Below are positions 27,101-42,100 of a stretch of 64,000 nucleotides of DNA, one piece after another. Source of the stretch: Camelus dromedarius (taxonomy: Eukaryota); contig NC_087447.1 in assembly GCF_036321535.1 (NCBI RefSeq), positions 48,796,001 to 48,860,000 on the forward strand, written 5' to 3'. Every line of letters starts with the position of its first letter. Within the stretch, counting starts at the first letter, position 1. Under the pieces are notes generated by a model. The model was not told the origin of the DNA and made no database searches. It saw only the letters and a program-made list of their open reading frames with translations. A program made the translations under genes and the position numbers.

Positions 27101-30100
27101 GTTCTACTTTCTTTTTTAAGTTTTAAGTGTTTCTAGAAAGAAAAAAGACACACAGGCTTTATATGGATTTTTCAGCATGTAAATAATTTTTATTTTTCCA
27201 ATAATTATTATTGTAAAAAAAAATGCTTAATAATACATAGACAGTACAAGCCTCCTTCTCATCCATCCCATCCTGGACAGTCTTCCAGAGAGTTATTTGA
27301 TAATTTCACAGAAATGTTTGGTTGACTCTTTTTGTGTTGTTAGAGGTTATCAGCCTGATTCATCCTTTATGAAGTTCTGTATTAGCTTTTCTTTAGCTGA
27401 GATTGATTTTATTGTTGCCTAGATCATTAATTCACTAGGAGTTACAAAATGTTAATGTTCTACTTCTATCATTCCTTCTGGATTTATTGGCTGAATTTTT
27501 CTATAAAGAAGAACTATCTCATATCAACCCACCTATATTTTTCCTTTTTCTTTAACTGCCAAAAAGCTCAAAGGGCTTGCCCCCAGCCAGGGTCTGGGTT
27601 TCTGGATGCTGAACTTACTCCCTTAACAGGGACCCACTGATTCAGAGCTCCACTCTGGTCTGTGTTGTTTTAGCAGTGGCACTTCCACGTGTTGTTTTTA
27701 TGCATTTCTCTAATACTCCCTAAGGTAGCATTTAGTCACGCTGAACTGTCTGGGCTGCCATATTTTCTCCTGAGGGTGCCAATTATTGTTTCTAGGGCTC
27801 CTGTTACAAAGTTACATAGGTTTGAGTGATTAGTTCCTAATGTTGGTTTTTCTCATAAGCTTTGTAATTTTCATGTACAATTTTGTAGAACATGACATTT
27901 TTAAGAATGTTTGGGGTTTTTTTAAGAGAAGATGTGTTATGAAGATATACTAATATTCCCAGTTCAAATTTACAGTTATGCTTTTTAAAAACTTACTTGA
28001 TTTTAAATTGCTTTTTTTCTTATGTTATAAACTTTGGTGTTTCCTAACATTAACATTAATATGTGGTTGCTTTAGCCAAATATATGAGATTTAGAAAAGC
28101 AAAACCAATAGTTTTACTAACAATATGACTACTGAAAACAGCTTAAGATCTCTTTGCAGTTCTTTTTGTCTGTAGGCTATATCTACTAGGGATGTACAAT
28201 CAGCCTGTGTTTTAGGATCACTTGAAATAATTTCGTTCTGTAGTTAAGCCACCAACTCAGTATCTAGTTAAATTCAGTTTTTCCCCTTACTTTCAGTTTT
28301 TAGGTTCTCTCCTTTCTCTTATAGGTAACTTTTTATTAGTTTTGTGTTGTCCTTCAATTGTTCTTATTGTTGTATTTTTTTTAATATAAGCAAATATGTG
28401 TTTATATTATCCTTCTTGTCCCAGATAGAAGTTTTCATTCTTTACACTTTATTTTGTACTTTTTTTTTTTTAACTTACAGTAGATCTGGAGCATCACTCC
28501 ATGGCAGTTACAGATATATTTCTCATTCCTTATTACAGCCACATGATCCTACATTGATAGGTATACCTTAGTTTATTCAGTAGTCTCTTATTGGTAGTTA
28601 ATTTGAGTTATTTACAGTCTTTGCTTATTACATTTAGTGCTGCAGTGTATATTTATTTTGTATATTTTTGCCTGTGTTTTAGGGTTATGTTCCTAGAAGT
28701 CAGATGTATATGAACTTCACTGGGTATTGCTAAATACTTCTCCATTCTTCATTCCTACCAGCAACATATGAGAGTGCCTGTTTCTGCACAGCATGTGTGG
28801 TCCTGTTTCAGGGTCATCAACATTTCTCCTCTATTAGCTGTCTCTTCATACCTCTTGCCTATTTTCCAAAGGATTGTTAGTCTTTGTTTCCTCTGTTTTA
28901 GAAGCTACATATTAACTCTTTGTGATGTAGGTTGCAGATATTTTTCCCACTTACTTTTGTCTTTTTACTTAAGTTTTTTTGTCATCCAAAAATGATTTGT
29001 TAGTTTTTATGGATTATTTCAGTTACCTCTGAATTTTTCCTCATTCTCAGATTATATTAGCTATGGAAGAATTCACCCATATTTTTTTCTTTTGCATATC
29101 TGGTTTCATTCTATATGTTTAGATCTCTTATGGATTTAGAATTTATTTTATTGTATAGTGTGAGAGATTGATCCAATTTTTATCTGGTTCCATGTGATTA
29201 TACAGTAATCTCATAACATCACTTACTAAAAAGTCCTCTTTTCCTCACACTAATTTGAGATGCTGTGTTTTTTTTTTTGTTTTTGTTTTGGTTTGGTTTG
29301 GTTTTTGTGGGGGTTTTTTGTATTACTGTACTCTCTCACTTTCCTTAACCTGATTGAGAAGTTTTAAAGTAACAAAGTTAAAAATGAGTATAACTATTAA
29401 ACTGTAAAGTATATTTTTAGGGGTACCTAATGTTTCTAATTTTATATCCAAGTACAATTGAATTATTGGCAAGGAAACTTTAAAACTGCAAGTTGTATTA
29501 CTTTAAATACTAATAAAGTGTTATTTCCTTACAGTGCCACAAGGTTGCAGTAGTGAGAGAAGATAAATTAGAAGGCAAGTATTTTAGCAATTTAGCTAGC
29601 TTTTCCTCTTAAGGCATCAGTGTAGGTACAATAAAAAAAAAATCTGCCACTAACGTCTCATATATTTAGCTGTTTTACTGAAGAGCCATATATTCCTTTT
29701 ATTAGTAGTTTCTGAAACATGTTAAAATATGATACTATACTAACTTCCTATTTTCAAGGCCAATAGCTGTTAACATTTATAAAGCACTTTTACCACAGGA
29801 TTTCAAAACTCATGACAAACATGTAAAACCTTTTATGAATACATAAGGAACATCCCATCAACTGTAAAAAGACAGTGTTCTCTAAATATCGCATTGTGTT
29901 CCATAACAATTTTTTGAAGAATATTGAAGAATGCTTTTTAAAGTCAATAAGACTTAGTATGACTTCTAAATTAAGTTTGTTTACCCATTTCAAGACTGTT
30001 AATGCTACTGTTTTATTTTTTATTACCCAATTCAAAGGAATTTTGAACAGTCAGGGTCCATGTGATCTTGGATTATGTCTTAAGACAAAACCTGCACTGT

Positions 30101-33100
30101 TGTACTTTGTATATAGATGCCCACCAGTGGAGTCCTTTTCTTACAAATTAACTTTAAGGTATTCAAGATAGTAGAAATGTCCAATATTTTCTTTCTGAAT
30201 TCTGACAATGGTAGATTTATTTGTCCAGTAGATACATAATGAGTATCTATTCTGTATCAATCTTTGTACTAGGCACTGGAGACTTGGAACAAGTTAGGCG
30301 TTAGTCCCTTCCTTCATGGAACCTAAAATTTGTTCTTAAGATGTTCTTTTGTGTTTTTTATCTGCAGATTTATCTGGTTTATAGTATTTTTGTTATATAT
30401 AGTTTTTTTTTGTAAACTAAAATTGAATTACATAAGTGAGACTTCTCAGAAATTAGTTATTCCTCAATTATATGCTAGTATAAGATTCTTCCCTGACTGA
30501 AAAAAAAAAGAAAAAACACACACATCATAGTATGATCAATCATTCATTAGTATTTACTGAGTGTCCACTGGATGAGTGATATCCTCACAGGTACTGTACT
30601 TAAAACTGACTCACCACCTACCTTTCATAATGTCCTTATCACAGACAGAAGAGTTGCTATTATTCTATATATATGACTGTTTGGCCTTTTAGAGCTTTTG
30701 GGATCACCACAAATTACAAATGGTTTTAATGCAGCAGGGTTTCTTGTTAAAGTCACCACCATGCTATGAAGTTTGTGTATTAACAGACTGCTTTTCCTGT
30801 TGACTTGTAGCAGTGAAGTCCAAGCTAGCTGTGACTGCCAGCATACATGTGTACAGCATCCAGAAAGCCATGCTAAAGGACAGTGGGCCTCTGTTCAATA
30901 CCGACTATGACATCCTTAAAAGCAACTTGCAGAACTGCAGCAAGTGAGCTCCTTAATGTTCCTTGTGGGCTTCTTTACGAATTGGTTTTGTAAGATGTTT
31001 ATACAGTGGCTGCCTCTTAAGAGTGAACGCCAAGTCTAGTAAAACCCCATTTATCTTGCAGTAAGACACATGCCTGGTTTTATTAGTACATCATAAGGTG
31101 AAAAATAGCAGCCACAACCCATATTGAAAACCCCAGTGGACTCCCCATAAATCTCTTTCTCATGTATTTATCCTGTCATTACCAACAGAAATGTTTGTGG
31201 TGCCCCCTCTTTACTCCTTTACTCTAGTCTTTGCTTGTCTAAATCCTACTCATCCTTCAAGAACCAGTTCAAATGTTGTCCTTCAAAAAACTGTTCCTAA
31301 TTTGATATCCCTCTACCTTCCATCCAGAATCAGTTGATCTTCCACAGCCAGGATCGGGTCTTGTTTTTTTGTATCTTTCACAGCACAGGGAGAAGATGGA
31401 CTATAATAATGCACGTTGGTTTTGGAAACTGATGGTCATGGGCTTGAGTTGTGGCTTTGTTGTTTAATGGCCTGGTGGCTTTGGACAAGTTATTTAAACT
31501 CTTTTGAGCTTTGGTTTCTTCATCTTTAAATTGGATATAATAATGCCTACTTTGTGAGGTTGTATAGAGGGTTCATACCAGATCCCCAGACATATATTGA
31601 ATACCTACTACTTTGACAGGTACTAAGGATGATAATTTGAATTAATTCAACAAAGATCTGATGAGTATGTGTGATGTGCCACATACTATAGAGTCGATAT
31701 GGCCCAGTACCTGCTTATGAAACTGATGGTCCTATGGGGGCCAATTACAGTACAGTGTGACAGTGCTACAATGGGAGTAATAGGGTGGGAGGATGTTGTA
31801 GGGGGCACTCATCCTCCCCGCAACCCTGCCTTTTTGGTTGTGGAGTGAGGGGGCAAGACAGAGGTGGCTTCTTGAACAGAACATCTAAGTTGAGGCCTGA
31901 AGTCGTAGTAGAAGTAGTCAGAGGAAAGTGGGAGAGTAAGAACAGGGTTGAGAGAAAACATGGTGCTTGTGCAGAACCACATAGTTTTCTATGGCTGGAA
32001 CTTAAAGTGAGGGGCAGGAAATAATGATACAAGGAATCAGACTATGATTTGACTACTGGGATAAGGAATTCAGACTTTATTACAGGGGCACAGGGGAGCC
32101 ACTGAAGATTTTGAAATAGATGATTGAAATGATCAGAATGCATTACAGAAAGATCACTTTGGCTGCAGTGGTGAAAACAGATCTGAAGGGAGTAATCTGA
32201 CGGCAAGGCCATCAGGAAGGAGTTATGTTGCAGTTATTCAGGGTGGAGATGACAGTTATCTAAAGTACAGTAATGGTGTTGGGGATGGAGAAGTACAAAG
32301 GTTAGAGTCATACCATCAAAAACTGGATGGTATGGTAGTGGTTAGAGACCAGGAGAATGTGTATGGTGGGGCCATGGTTGGCGGAAGGAGCTGTTGATGG
32401 TGTTAAGGATGATGGCCATGTTTCTGGCTTGAATTGCTGGATGGGTATTGGTACCATCGCTAAGAATGGGAGTATATGAGGAGGAGCAGGCTTTGGGAGA
32501 GAGGGAAAAATGATGAATTGGGTTTGGACATGTTGAATTTGAGTACCCTGTGGGGAGTCCAAGTGGAGATGTCCATTGCAATAGATAGGTGAGTCTAGAG
32601 CTAAGGAGAAAAATCTGGGGTAAAGGTAGAGATTTTGGAATCAGAGAAAATAGGTGATTAATTGGGCTACAGCAATAGATACAATCATTCAGAGAGAATG
32701 TATAGAATAAAAGAAGGGCAGAAAGTAAAACTCTAGCCACAAGTACTAGCAGGATAACCTTGGGGAAATTAACCTCTCTGCTTCAGTTTCCTTGTCAGTA
32801 AAATTAAACTAACGATAGTATCGATCTCAGGGTTGTAGACAATTGAATTAATATATGTAAAGCATTTAGAACAGTGCTTAGCACACAGTAAGCACTATTT
32901 AAGTGGCAGCCATTTTTTAAGCAATGGGCAGAAAAAGGAGCAGCCAGAGGTAAGAGGAAAATCATGAGAGCATATGAAGTTCTTAAAACTAAGGAAAGAG
33001 TTTCCAGAAGGAGGGACTGAATGACAGTTCAAACCTTGCTGAGAAGCTAAGTAAAATAGGAACTGAAAAGTGATGGCCGTGGTAAGAGCATTTTCAGTGG

Positions 33101-36100
33101 AGTGACCACATTCTGGTCAACTGAGTAGATGGGATGTAAGGAAGTGAGACAGCAAATACAGAGAACTTTCCAGAAAATTTGACAGTAAAATGGAGAGAAA
33201 AGGGAGGTAACTTGCTACAAAGGAATTGAAAATAAGGGATGATAAATACATTTTTAAAGTTGAGAATGCCTTGAACTTGTATTACTAGGAAAGAGCCGCA
33301 AAAGAGGAAATAGTTGAAGATACTGAGGGAGGTGGAATAACTGATAGAGCTGGGCCCTTGAGGAGAAATAGAAATAGAATTGCCAAAAATAATTTCTGTA
33401 AGTTCCGTTAAAATAGGATTGTGTCTATTTTGTTAACCGCTATATACCAAAATGGTGCCTGGCAAATGATAAGCATTTAGTAAATAATTGTTGAGTGAAT
33501 TAATGATAGACATTAGTTCTTTTCTTTCTTTAGCTCAAAACCTTGAAGGTAATAGGCATACCAATATTTATTAAATACACAAGTATAATTATACAGCTAA
33601 AGAGTAATAATTTATGTCTTTTGTCTTTTAGGGAAGGATTATAAGAAAATATTAACACCCTGATGTATTTATGTAAATTAATTATTAGATTTAAGAAATA
33701 GTCTGTTTTAAAATCTAGTTGTGGCATGTCAAGCTCTAAAAATCAACTCTGTTGTATCTAGCACGTAAGCAAACAAAAATAAAATTGACTCAAAACTCCA
33801 AAATGAAATTTGCATAGGGACCACCAATAAACATGGCAAGTAGAAATGTGATAGTAGGAAGCCCTTTAATAAACCTTTTCTTAAATACTTAAAATATCCT
33901 CTATAGAAATGTGAAGAATTTATCTCTAATAAAGAAGTTTGTGTTTAGTCCTGAGAATTACAGGCCAGGTGAGATCTGACTCATTGTTTCATGTGTTTTA
34001 AGAAGTGTTGTGACAGGAAAAAAGCTGAAATTTTAGGATTGAGCAGATTCTTCTCTCAGACATGTTCCCAGCCTAACTTGGTCTCTTCCCCATTGCCAGT
34101 TCCTGGTCCTGACCCTAAGGTGTGGAATGTAGACCAAAAGGAGAAAGAGTTGTCTTAGGGCCAACTTTAGATGTTGTCAATGAAATAAAACATCGCTCTT
34201 TTCCTTGTACATGGAAGCCTTGCAAGGCCAGAGAGGAAGACTGGTGGGTGAAAGGAAATGATTTCCGTCTGTTCTGAACTCTGATGCACAAACTATTTGT
34301 GTTAATCTGGGGCTTTCTATGTGGACCATAATAAATCAGTAGAATGTTTTTGGAGCTGTGGGCTCTAGCTTGGGGCTGCTCAGCCTAAAGTTACTTCTGA
34401 AATCAAGTGATTTTATCAGGGATTTTTTTCTTAGGCCAGTTATTCTAGCAGTTAATCTTGAAGCTGTACATGATTAATCTCTAATGTAATTGCTATCACC
34501 ACATAGTTTCTTAACCTCCATCTTTTCCCACCCCAAGTTGACTTAAAATAATCTTTCAGTGACTTAAATAATCTGTCATTCAACCTGTATTTCTATGTGC
34601 CAGGTCTTGTACTGGGTACTTGAAATACAAAACATGAATAATAATACACTTAACCTTCAAGGAGCTCTCAACTACCCCAATAAGCAAAAGACTGGGGGAA
34701 ATAAAATGCTGTTCTTTGTTAGGAAATGTTGGAAAACTAAAGCAAAGTACAGCCATTTGAGAAGGCTGAATCGGTTACCCATTCACAGTATAGAACATTA
34801 CATTATGGATTTTTGTGAAATAGGCACATCTACAATGATTAAAGAAGAGATGAATGTTCCCTTTAATATGCTATGAAGTTTGTTACAAATTTCTTCACTT
34901 GGCTATGGGCATACTTGTCTGGGGCTGTTAGTTGAGATTATTAGAAATTATTATTAACAAATGACTGTAAAGGACCACAGGTTATAGGAGCCAGTAGCTC
35001 TGTTCCCAGCTGCTTCCATATTTTCAAGCATGATCCATTCTGGCTGGGAGAGTTGCCAGGAAATGTTAATATTTAAAACTCTTAATTTTGATTCAGTCAA
35101 TATTTATAGTATATCAAGCCCTATAAGGTGAAGGTCTTTAAAAACAAGAGATAACCATTTGGTTTACCAAGGATAGTGAAATTACTAACTTTAAATTTTA
35201 AACTTTAAAATTTAACTTTAAATTTTCCATATGGTATGGTAGAAGACACCTTCCAATTTTAGTTCTATTACTAACGAGTTGTATAACCTAGGATAATTCA
35301 CTCACTTTTCTCCAGCACTTGTTGCATAAAATAATTTCTCAAATCCATTCTGGTTCTAAAATTTCCTAATTTTATAGTATTAGGGTCAGAAAGTATTGTG
35401 TGGAAGAAGCAAGAGTTTGAAAGTACGGCTTGAAGTTGACATTAATTTAATGTGACCTATCTGTCCTCAGGTTTAGTGCCATCCAGTGTGCAGCTGCAGT
35501 CCCTAGAGCTCCTGCTGAATCCTCATCTTCTGAAAAGTTTGAGCAGTCAGATCTTCCAGTATCACCTGAGACACAAGCCAATAATGAGTTGACCACCAAT
35601 GGTCATGGCCCACCTGTCCCCAAACAGAGTTCCCAACAGCCCAAAGGAATTATGGGCATGTTTGCTGCTAAAGCTGCTTCTAAAACCCAAGATACCAACA
35701 AGGAAACCAAAACAGAGGCTAAAGAGGTCATAAATGTAAGTCTTCTTTAAGATATGCTTTTACTGTCCAGAGTAGGTAACTAGAAAAGCACTTCATAATT
35801 CCAGTGGTAGTAGTTTAATTCACAAGGTTCTGATATTTAGTTCTGATTTTTCTAGTTTAGTTTAAATCCTTTAATTCTTGATACTCTCACCGTAAGTAGT
35901 CCTTTTTCTTTTGGTAATACTTCTTACCAAGCTTCAGATTCTCCTGTAAAATGTAATGCTTGCCCTGTACACATGACAGGATTGTTGTGAGACCCAATTG
36001 AAATAATGCATGTGAGAACATCTTGAAACTGTAAACTACAAAGAATTGCATATTAGCAGTATGTCATTTGGCAACATCTTACATTCTGGGGTTTGCCACG

Positions 36101-39100
36101 TATGCCTGCCTTCCTAGTATATTTAACCTTCTCATTCTATTTTATGAGTTCTTGTTGTTTTCCTTCATTCACTTTCCTTAGTTTTTTTTTATTGTTCAGT
36201 CATCTGAACATTGACTTAAAACACATTGATCTGGGCATTGACTTAAGAAAAGTCTCATTAAGATAACTATTAAAAATAATCTAGAAAGCATAATTATTGT
36301 CACTAGTATCATTACTTTCGTTGTCTTTTTAAAGCTTCCACTTTGGGAGAGGAGAGGAGAGGAGAGGTAGACAGAAGACGCTGGCATCTATAGGACTTCT
36401 GTGTGCCAATAGTTTGATCTTTGTTTAAATCCTCTAATCAATTCTGTGAGGGAGATATTATCGTCTCCATTTTGTATGTGGTGAAACTGAAGCTTAGATT
36501 TGTTAAGTAATATGCCTGGATGTCATATTGCTCTAAGTGGTGGAGCCAGCATTCCGTTCCACTTACAGTGGTTACAAATGTAATGTTTTGGAGGTCTTTC
36601 CTGATTGTGTACTGCTTCTGATCTGTTTTAATTCTGTCAAGCTAAGTAGTTTTTAAACATACTCAAGAAAAGTTTAGGTGCATTCATGGATAATAATTTT
36701 ATAAGAACTATGAGGAACTAAGCTTTGGAGATTTACTCCAGGTATTGTCTGGTCTGGATTTGTTCTTGTATCTAACACCTACACATTTTGGCATGATACT
36801 GTAGAGACTGTACGATCATGATAGTGTGCTCTGCTGTTGAGGAGATTTTTGTGGAAGAGACCGTGACTTGAAGAACAGCCTAAACACTAGAGAAAAAAAG
36901 TCATGTGTATTTTCTTTTCCATGCTTTTAGGCATCTTCGGCAGGCAACAAGGCACCAGGGAAAGGGAATATGATAAGCAATTTTTTTGGAAAAGCTGCTA
37001 TGAGTAAGTATGTTCTTACCTTCTTTTGACTAATACATGAATTTTAATATAATCACTTGTTATATCTGAGGTGAAAGCCACTTTGTCCAGTTTTTACCCA
37101 TTTAACACACTACCAAGTAGCATTCCTGCATCTTAACATAAATTTACAGTCTACTGACCTATAAATTGCTGAACGTAACCAACTGGGACAGTGGATTTTA
37201 CAAGGTGAGCTGAGCTCAGTTTAGATCTCTTGGAGGGTAGTTTGCGTATTCTCATTTTTACTTCATGCCTTGAAAAGAGAATTAAACATTTGTTTTGTAG
37301 GGTTCTTAAAAGTGGGTGATTAAAATAAGAGGGAGGCTACCTGGTTAAGCAGTGTATTGTTGGGGTTAATATAGTGGATGCTGGGGTCAGTTTGCCTGGT
37401 GTGACCATTGTTAACTCCATTTCCCAAGGGGCTACAAAAACAAATTTTTTGCCTTTCTTTAGTTATTTTTGCAGATTACTTATAGTAATGAACTAAACCT
37501 CAGTATGAATTAGAAGGGCCCAAGTGGTAATGGCCATTTAAAAGCATTTACTTTTTGGGGAAGCAGATCTCCTTTATTTAAAAAAAATTTAGATAAGAAT
37601 ACTTTCATATAGAAAAAGAATATGAAAATGAATGTATGATTGTATATGTATGACTAGAGAACATCATGCTGTACACCAGAAACTGACATAACATTGTAAA
37701 CTGACTATACTTCAATAAAAAAGAAAGCAAATTTTAAAAAAGGAAAAAAAAAAAAAGAATTCTTCCACAAAGAACTAATAATCACATATTTCCATATTTC
37801 TCATATCAAGTACACATTCCCTGAGAGTATGTGGCCAGAATACGAGGAAGAATGCAGGAGTTGCAGGGTAATTATGACACACTTCTTGGAGCATCAATTT
37901 TACAAAGATTTTGTGGGAAGCATTTTGTCACATGCCTACGCAAGCAAAATAAGTCAGAAATCTGCTTTTCTGTGATGTTCAAATTGGTATAGGACAGGTT
38001 AGGGTAATAGTTTTTTTATTTGCCATAAAACCTATCAGGGAACATTTTTATGTTCTGAAAAAATATTTAAAATTTGCTACTTTCAGATTATTGGGAAGCA
38101 CGATTATATTGCAGGCACGGTGTGTAGGAGGACTCCCTACTTCTGTGAAAATAGATCATGCTGCATGGCTGGTATTTGTCCACTATATGTAGTCAGATTG
38201 TGTGGTTTCTTGGCAACTTTGATGAGGCCCACATGTTTATTTGTTGTTTCTCTTTTTATGTATATATAACCTTAAAAAACAATGAATTTTAAAATAATTA
38301 TTATTTCTAAATACTTAAAGATGTGACTGTTTGCAAATTGTAAAAGCCAAACAGAAGTATACATTTATTTATTAATGTGTTTAGCAAATATTTATTGAGC
38401 ACCTACTTCGTGCTTCACACCATTATGCACTAGTGATACCATGGAGAAAATGCCCTTTTGGCCCTATATCCTACTGAAATAGACAGACAAATAAATACAG
38501 AAAAAATAGTTAACGATTATAATTGCAAGGCAGAGAATAACAGGATGTTACGATAGAATGTAATGGAGGAGGAAAACCTGGATAAAATAAAGAATGAAAT
38601 ATTCAACTAATTCAAAGAATGGCTTACAAAGCTGATTTATTTAACAAATTTTTTTTTAAGACTGAGTGTTTAAATTAAAATTATGAATGTTTTTATTATA
38701 TTTGACACATAACAAGATCATTGCAACAAAAATGAAGCTTGAGGGTTGGATGAAGAGAGTTGATTGTGGGACCTGAACCATTTAAAACTTAATGCTGGGT
38801 AATAACAAGTGTTGGCAAGGATGTGGAGAAATTGAATCCTCATACGTTGTTGTGGGGAATGTAAAATGATGTGCTCACTTTGAAAAACATTGTGGCAGTG
38901 CTTCAAAAAATTAAACATAGTCACCCAGCACTTTGACTCCAAAGTATCTATTCAAGTGAATTAAAACTGTATATCCACACAAAAACTTGTACACAAACAT
39001 ACATAGCAGTACTCTTAATAACCAAAAAGGTCCATCATCTGATAAATGGATAAATAATATGTGGTATATCTTTCTGATGGAATATTATCCAGCTATAAAA

Positions 39101-42100
39101 AGGAATAAATTACTGATATATGCTACAACATAGATGAACCTTGAACGTTACACAGAATGAAAGAAGCCAGACACAAAAGGCCACAGGTTGTATGACTGCA
39201 TTTATATAAAATGTTCAGAATAGGTAAATCTATAGAGACAGAAAGTATATTAGTGGTTATTAAGGGATGGATTGGGGAATGACGCTAATGGGTACAGGGT
39301 TTCTTTTGAGGGTGATGAAAATATTCTAAAATTGGATAGTGGTGTTGTTGCAATTAAAAACCACTGAATTGTACACTGTAAAAGGGTAAATTTTATGATA
39401 TGTGAATTAAATCTCAGTAACAAAAACCATAGTGCTTTGTATCTTTTAAAAAAAAATACAGCATTGGTGACAAAATTTAAAAGTCATCATCTATTATCTT
39501 TCTTTATTTAAAAAGATATTTCATATTTTCTTAAGTATAAAAAGGAGATGCTTTTCTGTTGTCACAATTTGTCAGCTGCATACTCTTGGGAAGCATCTTT
39601 TAATCCCTCTGACTCTTAATTTCCTCATCTAACAAATGAGAATGTTGGTACCTCATAAAGTTGTATTCATTTTTTCTAAGCTCTGCCTTTACTGTCATTT
39701 GGCCTGGGGGCTGTGATATGAGGGATTAGGAGGAAGCAGAAATGAAAACAGTTACAGCTAGAGTGGTAGTTGGAAAGGATAAATATTCTCTTGACTAGAC
39801 CATGAGCTCTTTAGGATAGGGACTGTTTTTTATTCCTTTAGACCCTGTTTCTAATATATCATGTGGCACTTAGTAAACTGTCAAAGGAATGATAGATTAA
39901 TATTACATGATGGGGTTATATATCATCTGCTATACTTTATTTATAGATAAACTTAAAGTCAATTTGGATTCAGAACAAGTAGTGAAAGAAGAAAAAAAAC
40001 TGGAGCAACCTCCACTCTCTGTCACTGAACCAAAGCTGGCAGCCCCTGTGGGCCTGGAGAAATCTAGCAAAAAAATAGAGCCTGTTAAGATGCAGCAGAA
40101 GGAAAAAAAAAGGTAGGAAAATTTTGTTGCTTGTTGGGGAAGAGTTTCTCTGCTGGGGGTGAGAAAGTCTGTTTGGGCTCATTTGCAAGCAGGCAGTTTT
40201 CAGTTGAGTATCAAATTCTTCTTAATGCCTTAGGGATACAGCTATATAACTAGAATGAACAGAGAAGCTCCATAGCTTAACTAGTGAAGCAAAACTGTGG
40301 AATCAGCCCATTCAGTTGATTTAGAGCCCAAAGCCAGTTTTGGGGGCCCTGTTGATCTAAATTGATTGTCTTTTCTTCTTTACTTCATTTTATATTTGTG
40401 GACATGGCATTAAGTATGCCTGATTGTCTGTCTGTGTGTCTGTTTTTCACTTCAGATTGCCAAATGAGGGGTTACTGTTTCCAGTGAAATTTAAGAGAAA
40501 AAGTTCTTTGTTTTCTTTTTATATCAATGAGTTTATTTTTCAAGTGGTAAAATGTAATTAGAAAAGAAAATAAAACGCACACAAGCTGTTAAAAATGAAT
40601 CCAGGAATTTGAGACACTACCTCATAGTTGGTAGGAATTAGTCTGTTGAAAGAAATTCTAAAGGACACTGTCAGCACTGATAGGCCCAGAAATACTTGAC
40701 TTTTGTGGCAAGGTTGGGGCTACTCTATTAGAAAACGTCAGCAAAATGCTGAAGTTTCAGAGGGTCAGAGTTCTGTCCAGTGGGCCTCACCTCCTAGGAA
40801 CATGATATGTATGGATTAAAATGTCTCCAACCATGAGACATTTTACATTACAACACTCGTTGTTGATGGTTATTGCCAGGAATGCATTCAGTATTTCACC
40901 ACTAAATAGGATGTTAACTGTGTGTCTTTAATAGATGCCCTTCACCAGTTTCAGATAGTTCTTTTCTATTCCTAGTTTGCTAAGATATTTTATGACTGGG
41001 TGTTGATTTTTGACAGATGCTTTTTCTGTGTTTATTGAGGTCATCATATAGTGTTTCTGTTAATGTGGTGAATTACACTGACTAGTTTTCAAGTGTTAAA
41101 CCAACCTTGCATTCCTGAGCTAAACCTCAGTTAGTCATGATGTATTTCTTCTTCTTATGTATTGCTAGATTCGATTTGCTAATACTATGTTAAGAATTTT
41201 TTTGCATCTACATTTATAAGGACTATAGATCAGTTATTTTCTTTGCTGATAATGTCTTTGTCAAATTTCTGTATCAAAGTTATGCTCATTTCATAAAATT
41301 AGTTGGGAGGAGTTTCTTCTCAGTTTTCTGAAAGAGATTGTGTAAGGTATGTATTGTTTCTTTCTTAAAGTTTGATAAAAGTCACCAGTGAATCCAGTTT
41401 GGAGTTTTCTTTGTGGGAAAATTTTTATGATTTTGATTTCTTTAAATAGAGCTATTCAAGTTTTCTTATTCCTTTTGGGTCATTTTTGAATGTGTTTTTA
41501 AAGGAATTTAATTCATCTAAGTTGTTGAGTTTATATCTGCAGAATCTATAGGTATCACTACAAATTTCTTCATTCTTTCATTCCTTATATTGGTAATATA
41601 TACTTTTCTTTTTTAATCAATCTTGTGAAAAGTCTCACTAATTTTATTAATATTTGCTAAAAGTAACAACTTTTACCTTTGGTAATTTTCTGTTTCACTG
41701 ATTTCTGCTCTTTATTATTTCTTTCTTATTTTGGGTTTAATTTGTTCTTTTTCTAACTTAAGGTGGAAAAATAAGTTGGTATTTAGTTACATAAGAAATA
41801 AGGTAGTTGAAAGCAAAAACTGTCTTCTACATATTTGTGTCTATAAATAGTAGGCCCTTAATAAGTTATTTGCTGATTGAATGAATAGCATGGTGGAGTA
41901 TCCAGATAGAGGAGCTAAATAATGTCAAGATGGATCTAGGGTTTTTTATGTCATTAGAATCACCTTAAAGTCTTCTGTCTATATCTTTGCCCATATTGTT
42001 CTTTCTTTTTAAAATATGTCTCCCTTTTCTATATGATAAAATTCTATTTAGCTTTTGAAGTTTTAAAGTAAGACTCGTGTTCCTTAATGTTTATTTGTCC

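Noticed and set aside
34540..36250. Short imperfect tandem repeats (tgacttaaaataatct x2 near 34549; aactttaaatttt x3 near 35188; cattgacttaa x2 near 36209) as an array
   Set aside because: Two or three copies, AT-rich, no spacer architecture; ordinary slippage duplications, not CRISPR-like.
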